From positions 1,584,323 to 1,648,322 of the forward strand of contig OZ252042.1 in NCBI GenBank assembly GCA_965247955.1: a stretch of 64,000 nucleotides of DNA. The letters are read 5' to 3'. Shown piece after piece: positions 19,373 through 29,512 of this stretch. Made by a program: the position numbers and the translations under genes. The DNA is from Vicinamibacterales bacterium. Lineage in GTDB: Bacteria; Acidobacteriota; Vicinamibacteria; Vicinamibacterales; UBA8438. Under the pieces are notes generated by a model that made no database searches, was not told where the DNA came from, and worked only from the letters and a program-made list of their open reading frames with translations. The first letter of the stretch is position 1; each line of letters begins with the position of its first letter.

Positions 19373-19794
19373 AATGGCGATGAGGTCGATGTTGGGAACA
19401 AAATACCCGGTACGATTCTACCCTTCGGGGTCAGTGCCGCCTTAAACGCCCGCACTTGGGAGTTCCCTCCCAGTCGTACACCGCTCGAAGCAACGCCTGC
19501 TTGACTGAATTTTGGCCACCATCGTGCTCAGCGAGCGGACAGCTGTCCAAGCTTACGGTCTCCCACCCACATTCAAGGAGAGTTTCTTTCCTCTGTGCGA
19601 AAGCTTCCTTCAGAACCACGAGTGGGACGCTTGGCGGGACGGTCGCTGAGCACAGCGACGTCGACCCCACCTCTCGAAGCCGCACAGTTTCGTTTCCGGT
19701 GGCATGACATCGGGCGGGGCATTAGAGGCGGACGGCATGGTAGGGTGGGGAATCCGAGGTCAAAGTCAGAGGCCAGGGTCGAAAGGCGAGGCTG

Positions 19795-20823
19795 ATGCCT
19801 GTATCGTTTCGTGTGCTTATCAGTATTGTCGTAACGCTGTCGTGTAATAGCGTCGTATCGGCGCAGGACGACGGTAAAGTCATCGCGCAAGTGGGCGACA
19901 CGGCGGTTACGCTGAGGGAGATCAACGAGGCCTGGCACAGCCAGGATCCATTCTCGCGGATCCGGATGCTGCAACAGTTCTACGATACGCAGCGGCGCGT
20001 GCTGGATATCGTCATCGGCGAGCATTTGATCGAACGAGAGGCGGCCAAGAGTGGGATTTCCCTCGATGAGCTCTTGGCGGCTGAGTTACCCTCGCGGACC
20101 CAGCTCGTGACCGACGCCGAGGTCGATCAAATTTACGAACGGAACCGCGACCGGCTTGACGGGAACACTCTGGAGGAGATGCAGCCCGAGATCAGACAGA
20201 TGCTCGAACAACAACGGCCTACAAAGGCCCTGCATCAATACATGAGCGAGCTCCGCGCTGCTGCTACTGATGTTTTCGTTCTGCTTGATCCTCCGCGCCA
20301 GGAGATCACGACACTGAAGCTCGATCCAGTTCGCGGGCCGGATGATGCACTTGTGGAGATCGTTGAGTTTTCCAACTTTCAGTGTCCGTTCTGCCTGCGT
20401 GCCTCCGAAACGCTAACTACGCTGCGCAACCGGTACGGTAGCCAGATCCGTTTCGTCTATAAAGACTATCCCCTGCCGAGTCACGCCGATGCGTTCAAGG
20501 CAGCCGAGGCTGGTAATTGCGCAAATGAGCAAGGCAAATTCTGGGAATTCCACGACAAGCTGTTCGAGAGTCAGAGCGCACTGGACGTGATGACGCTCAA
20601 AGAATATGCCGGAGAACTCGGTCTCGACGAAACGGCCTTTGCCAGCTGTCTTGACAGCGGGCGGTTTGCCGGCGAGGTCCAGCGTGACATCGCGATCGGC
20701 CAGTCGTACGGTGTGTCAGCCACCCCAGCCTTCTTTATCAACGGTCGTGCGGTGATGGGTGCGGTGCGCCTGGACTTGTTCGATCAGATCGTGCGCGAGG
20801 AGATCGCGGCCGCCGAGCGGTAG
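19795..20823 (+). CDS. secreted DsbA-family thiol:disulfide oxidoreductase with N-terminal SurA-like extension
   Basis: It has a signal peptide, a FSNFQCPFC CxxC site and a GVSATPAFFINGR cis-Pro loop region. Confidence 0.85.
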   Translation: MPVSFRVLISIVVTLSCNSVVSAQDDGKVIAQVGDTAVTLREINEAWHSQDPFSRIRMLQQFYDTQRRVLDIVIGEHLIEREAAKSGISLDELLAAELPSRTQLVTDAEVDQIYERNRDRLDGNTLEEMQPEIRQMLEQQRPTKALHQYMSELRAAATDVFVLLDPPRQEITTLKLDPVRGPDDALVEIVEFSNFQCPFCLRASETLTTLRNRYGSQIRFVYKDYPLPSHADAFKAAEAGNCANEQGKFWEFHDKLFESQSALDVMTLKEYAGELGLDETAFASCLDSGRFAGEVQRDIAIGQSYGVSATPAFFINGRAVMGAVRLDLFDQIVREEIAAAER

Positions 20824-20999
20824 TATCCACGGGTTCTGACCAAGAATTTGCACGCTTTCCTAATAAAACGGACACGAAGCGCTGGGTCATCCGGCGTGCT
20901 CATGAGTGCCCGTACAGTCGCATCGGTGGCCAATGGAGAGTTGCGCAGGGGGCGTTTGGCTAGGGTGCGCTCGAGCACCCGTGGCGCGCGGGTAGCACG

Positions 21000-21024
21000 A
21001 AAAAAATTGGGTCTCGGAGAACCC
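21000..21024 (-). terminator. intrinsic terminator after the cox operon
   Basis: On the minus strand, GGGTT-CTCCGA-GACCC is followed by AATTTTTTT, about 35 nt after the coxB stop. Confidence 0.55.
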
Positions 21025-21058
21025 GCCTGTACCTGTCTGTATCTGAAGACGCGACCTG

Positions 21059-21799
21059 CTACTCCAGGAGGGCCGCCTCCTCAGCTAACCACGTATCGAA
21101 GTCTGCTTGCGTCTGGACTGTGACGGCCCCGCGCATCCGGTAGTGACCAAGACCGCAGAGCTGGGAGCAGTTGACTTCGAAGCTGTCAATGACGGTTGGT
21201 ACCCACCACACCGGAATCTGCATCCCCGGGATGGCATCCTGTTTAACCCGCATCTCCGAGATACCCATACTGTGGATGACATCCTGCGTGGACAAGTAGA
21301 CGATGACCGGCTTGTCGACCGGGAGGTTCATCTGGTTGATCGTGTGAATGTCATCTGCCCCATTGGGATCGCTCCGATCGAGGCCGATGCCGTTCGTCGC
21401 GGTGATCAGGCTGATATCGCGACGGCCGAACCGGCCATCCGCACCAGGATAGTGCGTGTGCCACTCGAACTGTTTCGCGATCATGTGCACGACCGTTGAC
21501 TCTTCCTCTGGCGGGAACTCATTGACTCGGTTGGCCCACGCCGGAATAGCGAACCCGACGAGCAGCACCGCTTCGATGACAGCAATTGCGATCTCCAGAT
21601 AGCTCGACGTGTGGCTCTTGACACCCGCGTAGTCGGCTGTAGGATTGGCCGCGGCACGGAAACGAATGAGGGTGTAGATGAAGAACACGCCCCAGCCGAC
21701 GAACAAAAGGGCCATCACCCAATGAACCAGGACAATCATTTGATCGATCTCGCCCGCGTGGGCAGACGCCTGGATCGGCAGCCCTAGTAGCTCCTGCAT
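21059..21799 (-). CDS. coxB: cytochrome c oxidase subunit II (CuA subunit, no fused cytochrome c)
   Basis: There are two N-terminal TM helices. The CuA ligand set is H-x34-C-S-Q-L-C-G-L-G-H-Y-R-M, preceded by DVIHSM. Confidence 0.9.
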   Translation of the reverse strand: MQELLGLPIQASAHAGEIDQMIVLVHWVMALLFVGWGVFFIYTLIRFRAAANPTADYAGVKSHTSSYLEIAIAVIEAVLLVGFAIPAWANRVNEFPPEEESTVVHMIAKQFEWHTHYPGADGRFGRRDISLITATNGIGLDRSDPNGADDIHTINQMNLPVDKPVIVYLSTQDVIHSMGISEMRVKQDAIPGMQIPVWWVPTVIDSFEVNCSQLCGLGHYRMRGAVTVQTQADFDTWLAEEAALLE

Positions 21800-22087
21800 C
21801 TACGATCTCCCTTCACGCCCGCCGGGCCGGGTGATGTCGCCGACACCTTCGTGGACCAGCGCGTGCCTCGAGCGCTTCAGCAAGTGAAAGATGAACCCAA
21901 CGAACCCGCTCAGCACACCGCCGGTTACCCCAAGCAACGTGAACACCGCCCAGTTGACGCCCTGCGCGATCGGCGAGTCGGGGTCGCCGCCGAAACAGAT
22001 CGGACAAGCCCAGCTTAACGCCGGCGCAACTAGCACGAACACGCCAGCAATCAGTGCAATTCGACACGCACTTCCTAGTTTCATCAT
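21800..22087 (-). CDS. small membrane protein with CPICFG motif, inside cox operon
   Basis: 95 aa with a signal or TM segment, then WACPICFGG and a second TM helix. Its stop abuts the coxB ATG. Confidence 0.5.
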   Translation of the reverse strand: MMKLGSACRIALIAGVFVLVAPALSWACPICFGGDPDSPIAQGVNWAVFTLLGVTGGVLSGFVGFIFHLLKRSRHALVHEGVGDITRPGGREGRS

Positions 22088-22102
22088 TGCTTTAACCCAA
22101 CC

Positions 22103-22312
22103 CTATTCCATTCCAATTTCTCTCGTCTTCCGCACGAATTTCGCTAGGTACACTGCCATGATCGTGCCAGCCAGCAGCGACCCGCCGCCGAACAGCAGGT
22201 GTCCGAACAAACCGCGCCCCGAGGTGTACATCCCGATGCCCCAGACCGTCACTACCAGCGTCATCACGATCGACGACACGATGAAAACGATGTGAATGGC
22301 ACGCAGCGACAT
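22103..22312 (-). CDS. small 2-TM membrane protein, inside cox operon
   Basis: 69 aa with two hydrophobic helices, tightly packed between the subunit IV gene and the CxxC ORF. Confidence 0.45.
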   Translation of the reverse strand: MSLRAIHIVFIVSSIVMTLVVTVWGIGMYTSGRGLFGHLLFGGGSLLAGTIMAVYLAKFVRKTREIGME

Positions 22313-22317
22313 TGGGC

Positions 22318-22671
22318 TCAGTGCGCCTCGTCCGCCGGCGCGTTGGCGTTCGGTAGCGTCATGTGCTCGCCGACCTTGTCGGCGAGTCCAAGAAGCGGGA
22401 TGAACATCAGCACGAGGAAGAAGAGGGCGGTCACCAGCAGTCCCACGTAGATCTCGCGCCGTTCATCAATCAGGTGCATGAAGTAGCTGGCGACGAGCGA
22501 GGCCTTCGCGGCGGCGATGATGAGCGCAATCGTTACTGCCAGTGGAACTGCCACGGAAATTCCGTATACCGTAGGCATGTACCACGCCAAGACGGTTACC
22601 ACCGTCAGCACCAGCAATGCGCCACTGACCCTCAGGTAGATGGCGATGTGACTCTTGACGTCTTCGCTCAT
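22318..22671 (-). CDS. cytochrome c oxidase subunit IV (prokaryotic COX4 family)
   Basis: 117 aa with three TM helices. The start SHIAIYLRVSGALLVLTVVTV is typical of the family, and GGAGG lies upstream. Confidence 0.7.
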   Translation of the reverse strand: MSEDVKSHIAIYLRVSGALLVLTVVTVLAWYMPTVYGISVAVPLAVTIALIIAAAKASLVASYFMHLIDERREIYVGLLVTALFFLVLMFIPLLGLADKVGEHMTLPNANAPADEAH

Positions 22672-22690
22672 TTAGCCTCCAACCGATCCG

Positions 22691-22719
22691 CGAACTCTGG
22701 AACCCTGGAACTCTGAACC
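22691..22719. repeat. copy a of short interspersed repeat (tandem GAACTCTGGAACC units)
   Basis: CGAACTCTGGAACCCTGGAACTCTGAACC lies between coxC and the subunit IV gene. Its reverse complement contains CAGAGTTC twice. Confidence 0.5.
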
Positions 22720-22721
22720 TT

Positions 22722-23312
22722 TCAGAGAAGGTAGAGCACTGGGAACAGGAAAATCCACACTAGGTCGACAAAGTGCCAGTACAGACCTGCTGCTTCGATG
22801 CGATTGATGAATTGTTCGCGGGACGTACCGAACATAGCCGAGCCTGGCCCGAGGAAGTAGCTATTAACGATAACGCCGCCAACGATGTGCAGCCCGTGCA
22901 AGCCCGTCAGCGTGAAATAGATGGCGAGATACGTGCTCGCCGCTGGGAGATCGCCATGCGAGAACTTCTCGTAGTACTCGTAGCCCTTGACGACCAGGAA
23001 CACCAAAGAGAGGCCGATGGTCGACCCCAGATACAGCTTGAACTTACCGAAGTTGTTTAGCTTGAGCGACGCGAAGGCCATGACCATCGTTACACTCGAC
23101 GTGATCAGCACGACCGTGTTGAAGGCACCGATCGGGACGCTGAGGATGTCCGAACCAGTAGGCCATTCAACCGCGCTGACGCGCAGAAGGACGTAAGCCG
23201 AGAACAGGCCTCCGAAGAGCATGACCTCAGACGCGAGGAACAGCCAGATGCCCAGCTTGACATTGTTCAGCCCGGTATCGGGCCGTTCGTTGACGGTATA
23301 CGGAATTTCCAT
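22722..23312 (-). CDS. coxC: cytochrome c oxidase subunit III
   Basis: 196 aa, a short 5-TM form, with LFLASEVMLFGGLF, GLHGLHV-like (TGLHGLHIVGG) and YWHFVDLVW motifs. Confidence 0.9.
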   Translation of the reverse strand: MEIPYTVNERPDTGLNNVKLGIWLFLASEVMLFGGLFSAYVLLRVSAVEWPTGSDILSVPIGAFNTVVLITSSVTMVMAFASLKLNNFGKFKLYLGSTIGLSLVFLVVKGYEYYEKFSHGDLPAASTYLAIYFTLTGLHGLHIVGGVIVNSYFLGPGSAMFGTSREQFINRIEAAGLYWHFVDLVWIFLFPVLYLL

Positions 23313-23317
23313 CGCGT

Positions 23318-25114
23318 CTACACCTTAGCGGGCTTGGCCTGTGACCTGTCCGCCTCGCCCTGCATGATGAAATCGGTCGTCGCGCCTGGCACGCTGTATT
23401 CATAAGGCCCGCGGTAGACCTGCGGCGGTGTCAAAAAGTTGCCATGCGGCGGCGGCGACGGCGCTTGCCATTCGAGCGTAGTGGCGTCCCATGGGTTCGC
23501 CGACACTTTTCGCCCCTTCTTGATACTCAGGAAGAAGTTGATGATGAAGAAGATTTGGAAGAAGGCTAGGGTCCAAGCGCCCCAGGAGATGACCGTGTTC
23601 CATACCAGCACGTCCTGGTTCATCATGTAACTTACCCCGCCATCAGCTCCTCGCCGGTTCATGCCCGAAAGCCCTTGGATGAACATCGGCATAAAGACGA
23701 CGTTGATGGCGAGGAATGAACCCCAGAAGTGAATTTTACCGAGCAGGTTGTTCATCTGCCGGCCGGTCGCCTTCGGGAACCAATAGTAGATGCCGCCGAA
23801 GAGTGCCAGCAAGGTTCCAGGCGCCACCACGTAATGGAAGTGGCCGATCACGTAGTACGTATCGTGCAGATGAATGTCAGGCGCAGCCAAGCCGAGCGGT
23901 AGACCGGTCAGTCCGCCGATGCCGAACATTGGGATGAACGCCAACGCGAACAGCATCGGCGTCGTGAAACGCATCGAGGCACCGTACAAGGAGAGGAACA
24001 TCGCCGAAAGAATCACGATCGACGGAATCGAGATGATCATCGTGGTCGTCTGAAAGAACGAACTCATCGTCGTGCCCATGCCGGTTATGAACATGTGATG
24101 GGCCCAGACGACGAACGACATGAAACCGACGAAGATGAGCGACGCAACGAGCACCCGGTAGCCCCAGATCGGTTTTCGGGTGTTGTTTGCCAGGATCTCC
24201 ACCACGATACCCATCGCCGGCAGGATCAGCACATACACCTCTGGATGTGCGAGAAACCAGAAGAGGTGCTGCCAGAGCAGAGGGCTACCACCGCCGGTGA
24301 AGTCAGCCGGCGCATCGGCGTAGACAAGACCGCTCGGCATGAAGAAGCTAGTTCCCGCGACGCGGTCCATTAGTTGCAAGACGCCGGCCGCCTCGAGCGG
24401 CGGGAACGCCAGGAGTAGGAGAAATGCGGTGACCAACTGAGCCCAGACAAAGAACGGCAGACGCATGAAGCTCAACCCTGGTGCTCTGAGCTGAATGGTG
24501 GTGACAATGAAATTGATTGAGCCGAGAAGTGACGAAGTAATCAGAAAGATCATTCCCACCAGCCATATTGTCTGACCGGTGGTAGCGAAAACCGAGAGGG
24601 GGGCATACGATGTCCAGCCTGAGTTTGCGGCCCCCCCTGGCACAAAGAAACTCGAGAACATGACTACGCCGCCAAGGAAGAACGACCAGTAGCTCGCCAT
24701 GTTGAGGCGCGGGAAGGCCATGTCTGGAGCGCCGATCTGGAGCGGAAGGACGAAATTGCCGAAGCCACCAACAGCCAGCGGAACCACCCCCATGAACACC
24801 ATTATGGTGCCGTGCATCGCGCCAAGCTGATTGTAGAATTCAGGCAGCATGATGCCGTCTGGCGTCCGGCTTGCCCCAAGCCACGCACCAATCAGTGGGA
24901 TTTCCTGGAAGGGGTAGGCGATCTGCCAGCGCATGAGCATCATTAGGCTGAAGCCGAACAGCAGGAAGAGCAGGCCGGTGATCGCATACTGGATTCCGAT
25001 CACCTTATGGTCGACGGAAAAGACGTAGGTTCGCCAGAACCCTTGGTCCTCGTGACCGTGCTCATGTGCGTGCCCGGTATGGGCTACGTGCTCGGTCGTC
25101 GTCACTTCAACCAA
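23318..25114 (-). CDS. ctaD: cytochrome c oxidase subunit I (haem-copper oxidase catalytic subunit)
   Basis: 598 aa with WFLAHPEVYVLILP, HHMF and GHFHYV signatures. The N-terminus has a His-rich tail, HVAHTGHAHEHGHED. Confidence 0.95.
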   Translation of the reverse strand: MVEVTTTEHVAHTGHAHEHGHEDQGFWRTYVFSVDHKVIGIQYAITGLLFLLFGFSLMMLMRWQIAYPFQEIPLIGAWLGASRTPDGIMLPEFYNQLGAMHGTIMVFMGVVPLAVGGFGNFVLPLQIGAPDMAFPRLNMASYWSFFLGGVVMFSSFFVPGGAANSGWTSYAPLSVFATTGQTIWLVGMIFLITSSLLGSINFIVTTIQLRAPGLSFMRLPFFVWAQLVTAFLLLLAFPPLEAAGVLQLMDRVAGTSFFMPSGLVYADAPADFTGGGSPLLWQHLFWFLAHPEVYVLILPAMGIVVEILANNTRKPIWGYRVLVASLIFVGFMSFVVWAHHMFITGMGTTMSSFFQTTTMIISIPSIVILSAMFLSLYGASMRFTTPMLFALAFIPMFGIGGLTGLPLGLAAPDIHLHDTYYVIGHFHYVVAPGTLLALFGGIYYWFPKATGRQMNNLLGKIHFWGSFLAINVVFMPMFIQGLSGMNRRGADGGVSYMMNQDVLVWNTVISWGAWTLAFFQIFFIINFFLSIKKGRKVSANPWDATTLEWQAPSPPPHGNFLTPPQVYRGPYEYSVPGATTDFIMQGEADRSQAKPAKV

Positions 25115-25195
25115 CGTCGTGGCTCCTTCCCTGGATCATTAGACATCTGGAACCCACTCATCCTGTATCTGTACCACTGCGAGCGAGGGGGGACC

Positions 25196-25216
25196 TGTTC
25201 TTGTACAGTAAGAACA
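25196..25216. promoter_or_regulatory. inverted repeat TGTTCTT-N7-AAGAACA upstream of cox operon
   Basis: It has perfect 7-bp arms, lies about 85 nt upstream of the ctaD start, and sits in the divergent spacer shared with the TVP38 gene. Confidence 0.3.
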
Positions 25217-25352
25217 CCGCTGACCTGCGAGTTGGAATCGAAGCCAGCAAGGTCGTGAGAATTCTAATCCGGGGCGTCGAAGTGGCGCAACTACGCTAGC
25301 GGAACCCCTTGGCTTGCAGGTGCATCTTAACGAGTAGAACCGGAGGACGTGC

Positions 25353-26087
25353 GTGAGTGATACGGTGAACCCGAGGATGGAAAGCACTCCAAAACTAATT
25401 ACCCGATTACCCATCGGACGCGTGCTCACTCTTATCTTCGCGATGGTTGCGCTAGTTGCCGTCGGCCGAGAGTTCGGTGGTTTACTTCTGCAGTTTGCAA
25501 TGTGGGTCGACGGGCTCGGTTTCTGGGGCCCGTTGGTGTTTATAGCCGGATACGCTGGTGCGACCATGGCTTTTGTTCCTGGATCGGTTTTGTCGCTTGC
25601 AGCCGGGGCTATCTTCGGGTTAAGCAAGGGAGTGGCCTATGTGTGGACGGCCGCGACCATTGGAGCATCGCTGGCGTTTCTAGTGACGCGATACGGTGCC
25701 CGGAGTGCGATCGAGCAGCGGCTGGCAGGCAATCAGCGGTTTGCAGCCATCGACCGTGCGATTGGCGAACAGGGGCTGAAGATTGTAATGTTGCTCCGGC
25801 TCTCGCCGGTCTTTCCGTTCAACCTGCTCAACTACGCTCTCGGTCTGACTAAGGTCCGCTTCATCGACTATTTGATCGCGTCGGTCGCCATGCTTCCCGG
25901 AACTCTGCTCTACACCTATTACGGCAAGCTTGCCGGGGATGTCACGCGACTAGCTAGTGGCGCAGCGCCGGAGCGTGGCGGCGAGTACTACGCGGCACTC
26001 GTCCTAGGTCTCGCCGCCACTATCGCTGTAACCACGGTCGTGACCCGAACAGCCCGGCGCGCTCTCCGTGAGGCAACCGGAAGCTGA
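25353..26087 (+). CDS. TVP38/TMEM64 (DedA-related) membrane protein
   Basis: 244 aa with the family core MLLRLSPVFPFNLLNYALGLT. Confidence 0.85.
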   Translation: MSDTVNPRMESTPKLITRLPIGRVLTLIFAMVALVAVGREFGGLLLQFAMWVDGLGFWGPLVFIAGYAGATMAFVPGSVLSLAAGAIFGLSKGVAYVWTAATIGASLAFLVTRYGARSAIEQRLAGNQRFAAIDRAIGEQGLKIVMLLRLSPVFPFNLLNYALGLTKVRFIDYLIASVAMLPGTLLYTYYGKLAGDVTRLASGAAPERGGEYYAALVLGLAATIAVTTVVTRTARRALREATGS

Positions 26088-26142
26088 ACGGCTGTCACGT
26101 GTGGGCTCAAAGCTCTGGGCCCGTGGACGCTATACTCGGCAG

Positions 26143-26229
26143 ATGGCGCGCACGTACATTGCTGTCATCGTGGTCTTCATGAGCGTACTGGTTGCCCTCT
26201 GGCTTCTTTCAGCGCACTACGGCTCATGA
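26143..26229 (+). CDS. candidate 28-aa single-TM peptide (MARTYIAVIVVFMSVLVALWLLSAHYGS)
   Basis: ATG is preceded by TATACT 7 nt upstream, which could be a leaderless arrangement. It lies 47 nt upstream of the symporter gene and is below the ORF-track cutoff. Confidence 0.3.
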   Translation: MARTYIAVIVVFMSVLVALWLLSAHYGS

Positions 26230-26276
26230 CCGCAGTCACGCCAGAAACTCGGATCCCAAGATCTAGGGTCTGACCG

Positions 26277-27956
26277 ATGCATCCACTTGACTGGGCCATT
26301 ATCACCGCTTACCTGGCTTGGGTCCTGTACGACGGGGTGAAGCGCACCAAAGGTGCGCACACCGTTGAAGGCTATTTCCTTGCGTCTCGAACTCTGCCAT
26401 GGTGGGCGGTGGGTCTCTCTGTGATGGCGACCCAAATGAGCGCGATCACCCTGGTTGGGACTACCGGGCAGGCGTACGCTGATGGCATGCGGTTTGTCCA
26501 GTTCTACTTTGGGCTCCCGCTTGCAATGATCATCCTCTCCGTCACCTTAGTGCCGTTCTTTCACCGTGCCAAGGTGTACACCGCGTACGAATATTTGGAG
26601 CAGCGATTCGATGCGAAGACGCGTGCCCTGGCCAGTTTGCTATTCCTCATCTCACGGGGCCTCGGTGCCGGCGTTATTATTGCTGCGCCGGCGGTCATTC
26701 TCTCGATCGTCCTCGGCTGGAGCCTGCCTCTAACCATCCTTGCCATCGGAATCCCGACCACTGCTTACACAATGCTTGGCGGCGTGCAAGCCGTCGCCTG
26801 GGCCGACGTCAAGCAGATGATTGTGATCGCAGTGGGAGTAACGGCGGCGGTCGTTGCCTTGATCGCCGGCCTGCCGGATGCTGTCAGTGTCGAGCCGGCA
26901 TTGCACGTTGCTGGTGCCATAGGCCGACTCCAGACGATCGACTTCACCTTTGATCTGAACGAGACCTACACCTTCTGGTCTGGGCTCATTGGCGGGCTGT
27001 TTCTGGCGCTCGGATATTTCGGCTGCGACCAGAGCCAGGTGCAGCGGTATTTGGCGGCGCGGTCGGTTAACGCGGGTCGGCACTCGCTGCTGATGAGTGC
27101 GTTCGCCAAGATCCCGCTGCAGGCATTAATTCTCCTGATGGGCGTGCTGGTCTTCTGCTTCTATCTGTTTACTGAGCCGCCGATGGTCTTCAACGACGTG
27201 CACCTAGATCAGGTCAGGGCCAGCGGGCGATTGACGGACTACCGCACGCTCGAGGATGAATTTCAAATGGCTTACGAGACCCGCCGGCAAGCCGCTACTG
27301 CTATCGTCACTGCCCGCCAGGTTGCGGATGAAGCTGGTGCCGGAGCCGCCACGGCTGCCTTCGTCGAGAGCAACCGGCAACTGGACGACGTTCGCGACCG
27401 TGCGGTGACGTTGATTAAGGACGTAACCGGAGACCAAGGGTACACCGACATTAACTACGTCTTCCCGATCTTTATTACCGAACAGTTACCGATCGGGTTG
27501 GTCGGTCTGTTGCTCGCAGCGATCTTTGCAGCCGCGATGTCAAGTGTCGCAGCAGAGCTCAACGCGCTGTCGACCGCGACGGTCATGGACTTCTACCGGC
27601 GCCACTACCGAAAGGAAGCACCCGACAGTCACTATCTCCGGGTGTCCAAGATCGCAACCGCCTTCTGGGGTATTTTTGCTTCGATCGCAGCGTTCTACGC
27701 GGCCGGCCTGGGCTCACTCATCGAGGTGGTGAACCTTTTCGGTTCGTTCTTCTACGGATCGCTGCTCGGGGTTTTTATCCTAGCCGTTGGCGTCAGGCAG
27801 GCCACGGCCGCCGGTGCGTTCTGGGGACTGCTCGGAGGGATGGCCATTGTAGCGGTTGTCGCGACGACAACCTCTATTTCCTACCTGTGGTACAACTTGG
27901 TCGGTGCGGCGGCCGTCTTTCTCCTTGGGACGCTGCTCAGCCAGAAATCCACCTAA
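26277..27956 (+). CDS. sodium:solute symporter family transporter
   Basis: 559 aa with about 13 TM helices, SSF-type N-terminal blocks ([24 protein letters not shown]) and a large cytoplasmic loop. Confidence 0.88.
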   Translation: MHPLDWAIITAYLAWVLYDGVKRTKGAHTVEGYFLASRTLPWWAVGLSVMATQMSAITLVGTTGQAYADGMRFVQFYFGLPLAMIILSVTLVPFFHRAKVYTAYEYLEQRFDAKTRALASLLFLISRGLGAGVIIAAPAVILSIVLGWSLPLTILAIGIPTTAYTMLGGVQAVAWADVKQMIVIAVGVTAAVVALIAGLPDAVSVEPALHVAGAIGRLQTIDFTFDLNETYTFWSGLIGGLFLALGYFGCDQSQVQRYLAARSVNAGRHSLLMSAFAKIPLQALILLMGVLVFCFYLFTEPPMVFNDVHLDQVRASGRLTDYRTLEDEFQMAYETRRQAATAIVTARQVADEAGAGAATAAFVESNRQLDDVRDRAVTLIKDVTGDQGYTDINYVFPIFITEQLPIGLVGLLLAAIFAAAMSSVAAELNALSTATVMDFYRRHYRKEAPDSHYLRVSKIATAFWGIFASIAAFYAAGLGSLIEVVNLFGSFFYGSLLGVFILAVGVRQATAAGAFWGLLGGMAIVAVVATTTSISYLWYNLVGAAAVFLLGTLLSQKST

Positions 27957-28019
27957 GGCGTAGTCACGCTCCTTCCCTGTCTGTAGCAGTAGCAAGACCA
28001 GAGAAATGGTGTAGTATTT

Positions 28020-28044
28020 ATATGCGACCTTTTTTATCGTATAT
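28020..28044. promoter_or_regulatory. imperfect inverted repeat ATATGCGA-N9-TCGTATAT upstream of sufB
   Basis: 7 of 8 positions in the arms are complementary. It sits in an AT-rich patch about 20-40 nt upstream of the sufB ATG and could be an operator or promoter element. Confidence 0.25.
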
Positions 28045-28061
28045 CTCCCGAGGCCAGAACG

Positions 28062-29504
28062 ATGAGCACAGCCACCCAGACCATCGAGAAGCTCACGAAC
28101 CGCGAATATAAATACGGCTTTGTGACTGATGTTGAGGAAGATCAGATTCCACGCGGGCTTACCGAAGACACCATCCGTCTAATTTCGGCCAAGAAGCACG
28201 AACCGGATTGGTTGCTCGAGTGGCGGCTCAAGGCGTTTCAGATTTGGCAGACGATGACACAGCCGAAGTGGCACAATGTCACGTTTCCGCCAGTCGATTT
28301 TCAGAACATCATTTACTACTCGACCCCCAAGCAGAAAGCGAAGCTCAACAGCCTCGACGAGATTGAGCCTGAGATTAAGGCTACGTTCGACAAACTTGGG
28401 ATTCCGCTGGAAGAACAGAAGGTTATGGCCGGAGTCGCGGTCGACGCAGTGTTCGACAGTGTATCGGTCGGCACGACGTTTAAGGAGAAACTGGCGGAGC
28501 TAGGCATCATATTCTGTTCGTTCTCCGAGGCGGTGCAGGACCATCCAGAGCTCGTGCGTCAGTATCTCGGCTCTGTCGTCCCGGCGTCCGACAACTTCTA
28601 CGCGGCACTTAACTCAGCGGTCTTCAGTGATGGCTCTTTCGCATACATCCCAAAGGGCGTCACCTGCCCGATGGAGCTATCGACCTACTTTCGGATCAAC
28701 GCAGCGCAGACCGGACAGTTTGAGCGCACGTTGCTCGTCGCCGATGAAGGGGCGGCGGTGAGTTATCTTGAGGGTTGTACGGCGCCAATGCGGGACGAGA
28801 ATCAACTACATGCCGCGGTCGTCGAGCTCGTGGCACTCGACGATTCCACCATCAAGTATTCGACCGTCCAGAACTGGTATCCAGGCGACAAGGACGGGAA
28901 GGGTGGAATCTATAACTTTGTGACTAAACGCGGGAAGGCATTCACTAACGCGAAGGTCACCTGGACTCAAGTCGAGACCGGTTCAGCCATCACCTGGAAA
29001 TACCCTAGCTGTATTCTGCAGGGTGACAATTCGGTGGGCGAGTTTTATTCGGTGGCGGTTACGAACAATCACCAGCAGGCTGATACTGGCACGAAGATGA
29101 TCCACCTCGGTAAGAACACGAGGAGCACGATTGTCTCGAAGGGGATCTCAGCTGGGTACGGGCAGAACACCTATCGTGGGCTCGTGCGAATTGGTAAGAA
29201 CGCCAAGAAGGCACGAAACTTCTCGCAGTGTGACTCGCTCTTGATCGGCGACAAATGCGGCGCGCACACCTTCCCATATCTTGAGGTCCGAAACACTTCG
29301 TCCCAGGTTGAGCACGAGGCATCCACAACAAAGATCGATGAGGACCAAATCTTCTACTGCCGGCAGCGGGGACTGCCGACCGAGGATGCTGTCAACATGA
29401 TCGTCAATGGTTTCTGTAAGGAAGTTTTCCGAGAGTTGCCAATGGAGTTTGCTGTTGAGGCGCAGAAACTGCTTGGCGTGAGTCTCGAGGGGAGCGTGGG
29501 GTAG
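28062..29504 (+). CDS. sufB: Fe-S cluster assembly scaffold SufB
   Basis: 480 aa. It has the typical SufB N-terminus ([14 protein letters not shown]) and the C-terminal block [27 protein letters not shown]. Confidence 0.95.
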   Translation: MSTATQTIEKLTNREYKYGFVTDVEEDQIPRGLTEDTIRLISAKKHEPDWLLEWRLKAFQIWQTMTQPKWHNVTFPPVDFQNIIYYSTPKQKAKLNSLDEIEPEIKATFDKLGIPLEEQKVMAGVAVDAVFDSVSVGTTFKEKLAELGIIFCSFSEAVQDHPELVRQYLGSVVPASDNFYAALNSAVFSDGSFAYIPKGVTCPMELSTYFRINAAQTGQFERTLLVADEGAAVSYLEGCTAPMRDENQLHAAVVELVALDDSTIKYSTVQNWYPGDKDGKGGIYNFVTKRGKAFTNAKVTWTQVETGSAITWKYPSCILQGDNSVGEFYSVAVTNNHQQADTGTKMIHLGKNTRSTIVSKGISAGYGQNTYRGLVRIGKNAKKARNFSQCDSLLIGDKCGAHTFPYLEVRNTSSQVEHEASTTKIDEDQIFYCRQRGLPTEDAVNMIVNGFCKEVFRELPMEFAVEAQKLLGVSLEGSVG

Positions 29505-29512
29505 GTGCATCC

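Noticed and set aside
19431-19685. 84-aa minus-strand ORF upstream of the DUF360 gene (..LLECGWETVSLDSCPLAEHDGGQNSVKQALLRAVYDWEGTPKCG..).
   Set aside because: The sequence looks protein-like, but no start codon has a ribosome-binding site and I recognise no family. It could be a gene remnant, and the evidence is not enough to list it as a feature.
20964-20981. Perfect hairpin GGGTGC-GCTCGA-GCACCC as a terminator for the DsbA-like gene.
   Set aside because: No T-tract follows on either strand. The adjacent hairpin at 21009-21024, which has a T-run, is the better terminator, and it serves the opposite strand.
21800-22312. The two small cox-operon ORFs are in the same frame, which suggested one read-through protein.
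   Set aside because: They are separated by TAG, five sense codons and then an ATG-ATG start. Each has its own hydrophobic N-terminus, and sharing a frame has a 1-in-3 chance.
25139-25627. 162-aa minus-strand ORF spanning the cox/TVP38 spacer.
   Set aside because: It overlaps the TVP38 gene in antisense, has a Pro/Ser/Arg-rich translation and has no start context.
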